From NCBI GenBank assembly GCA_041946805.1, contig JBHGBC010000032.1, positions 1-43,945 on the forward strand: DNA of 43,945 nt. The letters run 5' to 3'. The notes beneath the pieces are model-generated. The model was not told the origin of the DNA and did not search any database. It saw only the letters and a list, made by a program, of their open reading frames with translations. Numbering within the stretch: the stretch's first letter is position 1; every line of letters begins with the position of its first letter. Position numbers and translations under genes: made by a program. This stretch comes from a bacterium. Lineage in GTDB: Bacteria; Hinthialibacterota; Hinthialibacteria; Hinthialibacterales; Hinthialibacteraceae. Of the stretch, positions 37,710 through 43,945 are shown one piece after another.

Positions 37710-37845
37710 CAGCGCTTGTCGGATGATCCTGAATTTCATTATTTCTACGCTTTTCCCGCGTGCATCGCCAATCCTGTCCAAGTCATTGAATTTGTATGGA
37801 TTATAAGCGAAATTCCATTTGTCAGTGCATGGAAAATAACAAATA

Positions 37846-37890
37846 TTTTACTAGATTTACTTGACTTAGTAAAAATAAATACGTTAAAAT
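37846..37890 (+). promoter_or_regulatory. Sigma-70 promoter with an operator straddling the -35
   Basis: TTGACT-N18-TAAAAT; inverted repeat TTTTACTA-N13-TAGTAAAA. Confidence 0.5.
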
Positions 37891-37953
37891 AAAAGCTAAT
37901 GGACGCTTGAGCGTCTCATATTTTCAATCCCCTTTCGAGAAAGGATCAAGGTT

Positions 37954-39447
37954 ATGCACAGTAAGTTTGCCGCTTTATGCCTGTTACTCACCGTTTTTGT
38001 GGGAGCCGGAGTTACGCAAGACGCACCACCGTACAGCTTGGAGACCGCCAAACTGTCCCGGATTGTTCCCGACACGATCATCTATAATACGGGAACCCCC
38101 AACCTCGATAATTGGGAGCCGTACACCAGTGTTCTGGGGAACAGCGTGTTTTTGATCGAGACGAATACATTCGCTGATGGATCGACAACCGATCAGCGGT
38201 ATGCGTTGGCCTTCCAACCGGTGGCCGGCGGCAACCCGGCGTTCGGCGAAGTCTTCTTCGCGGATGACGGAATCCCGTACAAGGGGAAGGTCAACAATTA
38301 CCGCCAGAACGGCAACCCCGGCCGGGTGGCGGGAGACAAACGGCCCGGCGCGGTCAATTTCATCGCCGGCGGGGAAGCCTCACCGGATGAATTCGACGCC
38401 TTCCAGTCCGACAACCGCTGGGATACCGGCGTGATCCGCAAGGGCCGGTACGGCGCGGTGCAGATTTATTCCCTGAATCCCACCACGCTCGTTCAGACCC
38501 CGTTGACCAAGGCCTTCGACGCGATCAACGGCCGCCTGACCTCCGGCAATCCCAACACCGACCAGATCAGCCGGTTCGGCGGAGAACTGGCGGTCCTGGA
38601 TGACGGCAACATGCTGGTGGTGGTGGAAGACCGGTCCAAACTGTTTTACGACGCCGGCAACGCGGCCGTGGCAGCCATCTTCAAACCGGACGGTACGGTG
38701 GTGAAGGATTCGTTCGTGGTGGCTCCGGGCGATCTCTGGTCAAACGTGGCCGCCTACAAGGGCGGATTCTGCGTGCGGGTGGCTGGAGTATTGTATTTCT
38801 ACGACAACGCCGGCAACGTGAAGGGCCAAGTGCAACAGAATACCGAATACGTGACCGACACGGGGCGCGGGGATGGCGTCCGTATTGCCTCCCATATCAA
38901 TTCCCCCTTTGTGTTTCTGGCGGGTTTTGATGGCGCCGAGGCGGTCCGCGTGGTGGTGTATGATTCCCGCACCCAGCAATTTGTGACTGAAACTCACGTG
39001 AACGAGATCGCCAAGCAGTTCGGCGGCCAAGACGACGTGGATTTCCTCGGCACCTTTGACCGTGTGGGGATCGCCGTGGACGCGTTGAACCGCATTTTTG
39101 TCGGGTGGGAACTCACCGACATCTTCGCGCAAGCTCAGATCGTGGGCCGCGTGCTGAAGTTCGACGACAACGCCAAGACGCTGACGCATCTGACCCCCTC
39201 GTTCATTCCATTCTTGAACACCACCGACAACGCGACGCACCGGACGCTGCGCGTGAACGTGTCCATGACCACCAAGCAGCTGTTGGTCGCGGCCAAGGGT
39301 GAGATCAACAGCCAGAACGATGGCGCGGCGGACGCGGATGTGCCCGCCCAGACCACCTTCTACACTGTGCTCACGCATCCGGATCCCCAGGATGATCCGA
39401 CAACCCCGGCAAGCGGCACGCATGTGGTGGAGTGGTCCTTGTATTAA
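37954..39447 (+). CDS. Secreted hypothetical beta-rich (propeller-like) protein with C-terminal WSxY tail
   Basis: Signal peptide; beta-strand repeats; Pro/Thr/Asp linker; ends THVVEWSLY. Confidence 0.85.
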   Translation: MHSKFAALCLLLTVFVGAGVTQDAPPYSLETAKLSRIVPDTIIYNTGTPNLDNWEPYTSVLGNSVFLIETNTFADGSTTDQRYALAFQPVAGGNPAFGEVFFADDGIPYKGKVNNYRQNGNPGRVAGDKRPGAVNFIAGGEASPDEFDAFQSDNRWDTGVIRKGRYGAVQIYSLNPTTLVQTPLTKAFDAINGRLTSGNPNTDQISRFGGELAVLDDGNMLVVVEDRSKLFYDAGNAAVAAIFKPDGTVVKDSFVVAPGDLWSNVAAYKGGFCVRVAGVLYFYDNAGNVKGQVQQNTEYVTDTGRGDGVRIASHINSPFVFLAGFDGAEAVRVVVYDSRTQQFVTETHVNEIAKQFGGQDDVDFLGTFDRVGIAVDALNRIFVGWELTDIFAQAQIVGRVLKFDDNAKTLTHLTPSFIPFLNTTDNATHRTLRVNVSMTTKQLLVAAKGEINSQNDGAADADVPAQTTFYTVLTHPDPQDDPTTPASGTHVVEWSLY

Positions 39448-39475
39448 TCCGGTTTGTTTCAGTAATAATCAGAAG

Positions 39476-39509
39476 AAAAGCCCATGGAAACATTCATGGG
39501 CTTTTTTTT
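39476..39509 (+). terminator. Intrinsic terminator
   Basis: AAAAGCCCATG...CATGGGCTTTTTTTT. Confidence 0.85.
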
Positions 39510-39575
39510 GTTCTTCCCGGATTGTGGTCCCTGCCGGACGGATAGGACGTTAGGAGTATTGAGTATTGTGAATCA

Positions 39576-39675
39576 AGCGCCAACGGCGCACAAGAAATTA
39601 ATCCGGGGCAACGCCCGGGGAAAAGGACGATAATAGGATTAATCCCCTCCCTCCGGGCGAGGGCCAGGGTGAGGG
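39576..39675 (+). repeat. ~100-bp composite repeat (degenerate)
   Basis: AGCGCCAACGGCGC...CCGGGGCAACGCCCGGG plus a G-rich palindrome ending GGGCCAGGGTGAGGG. Confidence 0.7.
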
Positions 39676-39807
39676 TTTTTCCGATAGGTTGTCCTCCAAC
39701 CCGGCATGCAACCGAAATGGTTGTTACATCGACTTGTTTTATATCAACTAGTAAAAAACTTTACCGAACCCATGAGAAGATGAAGATCAGAGAATCCCTG
39801 CGGGGCG

Positions 39808-40149
39808 TCACACCCGATTCCCCTTGCACGCCTCCACATAGCTCCGCAACACCGCGTTGATGCGGGATTGATAGCCGGGGCCTTCCTTCTTGAAAAATTC
39901 CACGATGTCCGGATCGAGCCGCATGTGGATATCCACTTTATTCCGGGGTTTCACGATCTTCGCGCGCTTCCAGAAATCCTGGTCCAGCAGGGGTGCGGCG
40001 TCGGGATCGCCGCGCACGGCCTCCTCGATCTCCTCGTCCGTCAACGCCTCCACGCGTTTCCAGTCGGTTTTGCCATAATCGCCGCGTTGATGCGCTTGTT
40101 TGATTTCTGCCAGTGTCATCCGGACAAGTTTACTCTTTTTATTACTCAT
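39808..40149 (-). CDS. brnA: BrnA-family antitoxin
   Basis: TDW.RV.ALTDEEI...DPDA; K..I.MRLD.DIVEFFK..GPGYQSRINAVLR (RHH). Confidence 0.85.
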   Translation of the reverse strand: MSNKKSKLVRMTLAEIKQAHQRGDYGKTDWKRVEALTDEEIEEAVRGDPDAAPLLDQDFWKRAKIVKPRNKVDIHMRLDPDIVEFFKKEGPGYQSRINAVLRSYVEACKGNRV

Positions 40150-40384
40150 TTTTTCTCGCTCTCCTCGCGGATATAATCCGAATCCTGCCCTGACGAATGG
40201 TAAATACTACAGTCATTCTCAATCCCTTTACGATTCCCGTGGCGAGCCATCGGTCTTCCAATGGATTGGAGGATTTCCGGATCGCGTGATCTTCATAAAA
40301 TACCCCTGCGGCTGTTTTGAAATCGATTCCATGCTTCGCGATGTTGATCTCGTTCTTCTTCTCGTCCCATTCGAATTCAATCAT
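40142..40384 (-). CDS. brnT: BrnT-family toxin
   Basis: FEWDEKKNxxNxxKHGIDF...R....G...VVFT.R...IRIISARRA; overlaps the brnA start. Confidence 0.9.
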   Translation of the reverse strand: MIEFEWDEKKNEINIAKHGIDFKTAAGVFYEDHAIRKSSNPLEDRWLATGIVKGLRMTVVFTIRQGRIRIISARRARKNE

Positions 40385-40536
40385 GATAGTGTACACGAAA
40401 GATGTTCATCGTACAAGAAAATGGGATCAGCCAATAAGTATGTACCTATTTCCAGCAATTCAGGGTTTCAACCCTGAGCGAAAGGGCCTTCCACCATGGC
40501 CTGCCGGATTTTGCAGTAACTTCACGAATCCAGTTG

Positions 40537-40608
40537 AGTCCCCTTCAGGGGACGTCTTTAAAATAGCCCTGGGGTTCAATCCTGGGCGTATTGATCCTGG
40601 GCGTATTG
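40537..40608 (+). repeat. Bipartite hairpin repeat with a 15-bp tandem duplication
   Basis: AGTCCCCTTCAGGGGAC...TAGCCCTGGGGTTCAATCCTGGGC; ATCCTGGGCGTATTG twice. Confidence 0.65.
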
Positions 40609-40647
40609 ACTCTCATCCTGGATAAACCTGAAAAATCCCCGAAATCC

Positions 40648-41118
40648 TCATACTCCCAACCAATCACACCGGACCTTGACCACTACCTTCTTGATCCGCT
40701 CCGGCGCGTTGCCGGCCATGAGTTGCGGCATGTGGGCGTCTTGAGGGAGAAAGAGGGCAAAGAATCCCGGCCGCGCGAGGATCCGGCAAGGCGCGTCCGG
40801 CGTATGCTGGAAAAAGAGAACGTCTTTCTCTTCTTTGTAGGGAGTTGTGATGCTGGCGGAATCGGTTGGAAACCACTCCATGATCTCCGTCCCCGCCAGC
40901 ATGATCTGGATGTCCGCGTATAAGCGATGGGCCTCCAACTTCGCTTCCGCGGGAGGCCGGGTGTCATAACTCATGACCCGCGCGAAAATTTCCTTGCCTT
41001 GGATAGGGTATTCTTTTTCCTCGGTACTGGAGTCGATCTCCTTCAAAAATGTAAAGATCTTCTCCCACGCTGGGCCATAGGGATATTTGTTCCAATATTG
41101 GATCTCGTCGAATATCAT
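40648..41118 (-). CDS. YhcH/YjgK/YiaL-family protein
   Basis: EAHRLYADIQ...GxE; PY...KDVLF; FALFLPQDAHMP; KKVVVKV. Confidence 0.9.
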   Translation of the reverse strand: MIFDEIQYWNKYPYGPAWEKIFTFLKEIDSSTEEKEYPIQGKEIFARVMSYDTRPPAEAKLEAHRLYADIQIMLAGTEIMEWFPTDSASITTPYKEEKDVLFFQHTPDAPCRILARPGFFALFLPQDAHMPQLMAGNAPERIKKVVVKVRCDWLGV

Positions 41119-41239
41119 GGTGGTCTCCAAAAATATAAAAAATAGATTGTCTCCGCGATTTCTGCATTTCCGCGGTGAAATATCATATTCCCGGAAATAA
41201 CCGGGCAAGAAAAGGGAGGGAAATCGTAACGAAGAGGTT

Positions 41240-42247
41240 TTACGACGCGAGGCGGGCGGCTTCCAGTATTGGAAAAGACGCTTCCCGGCGGGCTAAAGTT
41301 TTCCAGGAGAGGTCTTCACATATTCCTTCTGGAACGCGTGAGCCTTGGCGCGTTCTCCGGCGCGCGAATTCCTGGTCGATTTTTTGATAGATCATGCTCC
41401 GTTCCAAGCACCAGGCCGGGGCGACGAGCACGCTCGGGGGCGCGTCCGCGGTCAATCGTTGGACACTGATATCGGAAGGGATACGCTCGAGGAAATCACA
41501 TACGGTCTGAACATAATCGTCCATTGTGAAGATCTTGATCTCCCCCCGCAGGTATTCTTGTTCCATGGGGGTGTTTTTCATGATGTGCAACAGATGGACC
41601 TTGATGCTGTGAAAGGGCAGGGGGGCCAGGCGCTCGGCGGTTTTCATCATGTCTTCATGGGTTTCGCCCGGCAATCCCAGGATCACGTGGACGCAGATTT
41701 TGAGATTGCGGTTCGAGGTCATGTCCATGGCCCACAAAAACCGCTCATAGGTGTCGCAGCGGTTGATCCGCGCCAGGGTGTGATTATGGCTGGTCTGCAA
41801 TCCGTATTCCACCCAAACTTCAAACCGGTCTGAATACGATTCAAGCAAGTCCAATGTTTTCAGTGAAATGGAATCTGGTCTAGTTCCCACCGCAAAAGCC
41901 ACAATTTCCTCAAACGGCAGGATCTCGTCATAGATGGCCTTCAGTTGGTTTACCGGAGCGAAGGTGTTGGTATGGGCCTGGAAATAGGCTAGAAACCTGT
42001 CCGCCTTGAAACGTTTCTGCGAGAAAGCGATGCCCTTTTCGATCTGCTCCCGGACCGGACGGATTTCAATCCGGGAATTGTAACTGAAACCCTCGTTGTT
42101 GCAGTAGGTGCACCCGCCCACACCTTTGGTGCCGTCGATATTGGGACACGTAAATCCCGCGTCGATGGATATTTTCTGCACCCGGCCGCCGAACTTTTCT
42201 TTCAAATAGTGCCCAAAGGTCAAATAGGGTTTATCCATTATCGCCAT
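41240..42247 (-). CDS. Radical SAM protein, TIGR01212/YhcC family
   Basis: KISIDAGFTCPNIDG...GGCTYC; YFQAHTNT; GTRPD; HVILGLPGE. Confidence 0.92.
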   Translation of the reverse strand: MAIMDKPYLTFGHYLKEKFGGRVQKISIDAGFTCPNIDGTKGVGGCTYCNNEGFSYNSRIEIRPVREQIEKGIAFSQKRFKADRFLAYFQAHTNTFAPVNQLKAIYDEILPFEEIVAFAVGTRPDSISLKTLDLLESYSDRFEVWVEYGLQTSHNHTLARINRCDTYERFLWAMDMTSNRNLKICVHVILGLPGETHEDMMKTAERLAPLPFHSIKVHLLHIMKNTPMEQEYLRGEIKIFTMDDYVQTVCDFLERIPSDISVQRLTADAPPSVLVAPAWCLERSMIYQKIDQEFARRRTRQGSRVPEGICEDLSWKTLARREASFPILEAARLAS

Positions 42248-43850
42248 CGCCGCGTTCGAAATATGAGATAAATCCCATCCCGGTCTCTTCGGTTTTGTAC
42301 GTATATTCGGCGTGAAAGCGCGCTTGGTTCCACAGGTCGATCTGGGCCGGATAGGTGATCATTTCTTCCAACTTCTCTTTAGGATACGGTTGGGACAGGA
42401 AAAAAAGAAGGGGAAACAGTTGGATGAACCGGGGCTTCTCAGCCAGAACATATTCCGCGTTGCTTTTTTCGTGTCCGGGGTGACATAAATTCAAGTATCG
42501 CGCCGGAGTATGGGCGATGGTCACATCGTTCAGCCCCAGCATGTCAATGCAATTCAATTCACAGAAGTAGGGAATCGCGCCGGCGTTGATGACCGCGATC
42601 TTCGTTCCGGATGGGTATTTCTCCTGCAGCCACAAGCCTACCTTGGCCCAGCTGCGTGTCCATTTCACCACGGAAAGATGATACTGCGCTCCCTGCGCGA
42701 AGTTGCAGCGTGTATCTTTTTTGAAATCAAATAGTTGTATCGCATGGGCGGGCAGCAGAAGCAATACGCCGAAACCCAAGACGCACCAGGCGGTCCGCGT
42801 TCGCGACCGTTCAGCCGGATTGATTTTCCCGATCACCAGCCGCCGGGCGCACAAGACAAATCCGCGGATTCCCAGAATGGAAAAAAAGGGAATGGCGGGT
42901 ACCAAAAAGCGGTGCAGGGTGAAATGGTCCCCTCCCTCGGCGGTCACCAGCGCGATTTGGAGCAGGGCAAAACCGGCGATCAGCCCGGTCCCTTTGCGGG
43001 CCGCCCGCTCTTCTAATAACAAGGCGAATAATCCAAACAAAAAGAAGGGCCGCGGCCGGAAATAATAGGTCACGTATTCAAATCCCCGGCCCAAAAGATA
43101 CATGCCCCCGAAATCATGTTTGGCGTAGAACGTATTCGGAAAGGGATACCCAAAATACGCCATCCGGAAAGCCAGGAACAAGCTGACGGGCAACGCCACG
43201 ATGAGCGCGAGCCGCCAGAGCGAGGCTCTCGTGATCAATCCGCTCCCATACCAAGCCGCCACAACCATCAGGACAAAAGCCAACCCTTCGGGCCGGATCA
43301 GCGATACCAGGAGCAACAGCAGGCAGGCCGGCCATACCGGCCACGGTTTGATCAACGCGTAGGCTAGTCCGAGCAACAAAAACGCGTAGGCGGTGGTTTC
43401 CATCCCCGAGGCCGACCAGGCCGCGTAGGATACATCGCACACGGCCGCCAGCCCGGCCATACAAGGCCAAAACAAACTGCCGACCGCCAAAGATGTGTCA
43501 GGGTGATAGGCTTGACGGTATAAAAACACGGCGAGCCCGATGCCCGCCATGCCCATCGCCAGGCTGGTCCAATACGCGGCCTGAGTGAGTGGAATATGAA
43601 GGCCATAGGCCAGTGTGAGAAACACCAGCCATAAAAAACTGGTATAACCTTCCACCCGTTCTCCCCCGGGATGGAAAACGATCCCATGCCCGCTGGCCAG
43701 GTTTCGGGCGTAGACCATGGGGATATACGAGTCGTCCACCAGGTCGAAATCGGCCAGAACCAGCCAGACTGGCAACAACAGGGAAGGCAGGAGCAAAAGC
43801 CAGAAGCCTCCGGTCCAGTGTGGCCAGGAGAGTGTACGGTCATTCATCAT
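42231..43850 (-). CDS. GT-C membrane glycosyltransferase (arabinofuranosyltransferase-like)
   Basis: DDSYI..YARNL..GHG..F..GERVEGYTS; SGMET; RPEG; FPNTFYAK; RFLVP; AGAIPY; DMLGL. The ORF-track start at 43901 lies inside the MITE. Confidence 0.8.
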   Translation of the reverse strand: MMNDRTLSWPHWTGGFWLLLLPSLLLPVWLVLADFDLVDDSYIPMVYARNLASGHGIVFHPGGERVEGYTSFLWLVFLTLAYGLHIPLTQAAYWTSLAMGMAGIGLAVFLYRQAYHPDTSLAVGSLFWPCMAGLAAVCDVSYAAWSASGMETTAYAFLLLGLAYALIKPWPVWPACLLLLLVSLIRPEGLAFVLMVVAAWYGSGLITRASLWRLALIVALPVSLFLAFRMAYFGYPFPNTFYAKHDFGGMYLLGRGFEYVTYYFRPRPFFLFGLFALLLEERAARKGTGLIAGFALLQIALVTAEGGDHFTLHRFLVPAIPFFSILGIRGFVLCARRLVIGKINPAERSRTRTAWCVLGFGVLLLLPAHAIQLFDFKKDTRCNFAQGAQYHLSVVKWTRSWAKVGLWLQEKYPSGTKIAVINAGAIPYFCELNCIDMLGLNDVTIAHTPARYLNLCHPGHEKSNAEYVLAEKPRFIQLFPLLFFLSQPYPKEKLEEMITYPAQIDLWNQARFHAEYTYKTEETGMGFISYFERGDGDNG

Positions 43851-43869
43851 AAGGGAGATTATCCTTTTT

Positions 43870-43945
43870 GGTTCATCCGGTAAGTGAGTACTTTTTATCA
43901 ACCATGCCGGGCCGCTTTTCCATCGGGCTGGTCGGGGAAATCAAT
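43870..43945. mobile_element. MITE left end (truncated by the window edge)
   Basis: GGTTCATCCGGTAAGTGAGTAC, then ~50 bp closely matching the 37242 copy. Confidence 0.8.

Noticed and set aside
8523..39675. Recurrent 33-bp repeat as a CRISPR array
   Set aside because: Copies are dispersed rather than regularly spaced, and there are no cas genes.

Overview
A GC-rich chromosomal segment from a diderm bacterium, with no rRNA, tRNA, CRISPR array or transposase. 0.2-8.4 kb is a multiheme cytochrome island with 35 CxxCH motifs: a 9-heme secreted cytochrome, a c554-like tetraheme, an outer-membrane beta-barrel, an 11-heme lipoprotein, a truncated NapC/NirT-like membrane protein and a non-lipidated OmcA/MtrC-type decaheme. 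Both cytochrome units have matching tandem enhancer-like sites upstream, the decaheme has a sigma-54 promoter, and an orphan sigma-54 activator lies next to the island. The rest holds a URO-D-family gene, a GH106-like hydrolase, five GT-C-like membrane glycosylation proteins (one O-antigen-ligase-like), two radical SAM genes, ftsH-folP-cdaA-cdaR-pdxJ, rpe, a pilin-like gene, a BrnTA module and a YhcH-family gene. The main novelty candidate is a short C-terminal tail, [ST]-x-[IV]-x-x-W-S-x-[FY], shared by four unrelated signal-peptide-bearing, non-lipoprotein proteins (two of them cytochromes), which may be an undescribed surface-sorting signal. Intergenic DNA is full of nested non-autonomous elements: a MITE with 22-bp TIRs and 8-bp TSDs, G4/hairpin palindromes, bipartite hairpins and REPIN-like doublets, nearly all in one orientation. 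All calls come from reading motifs by eye; no searches were run.
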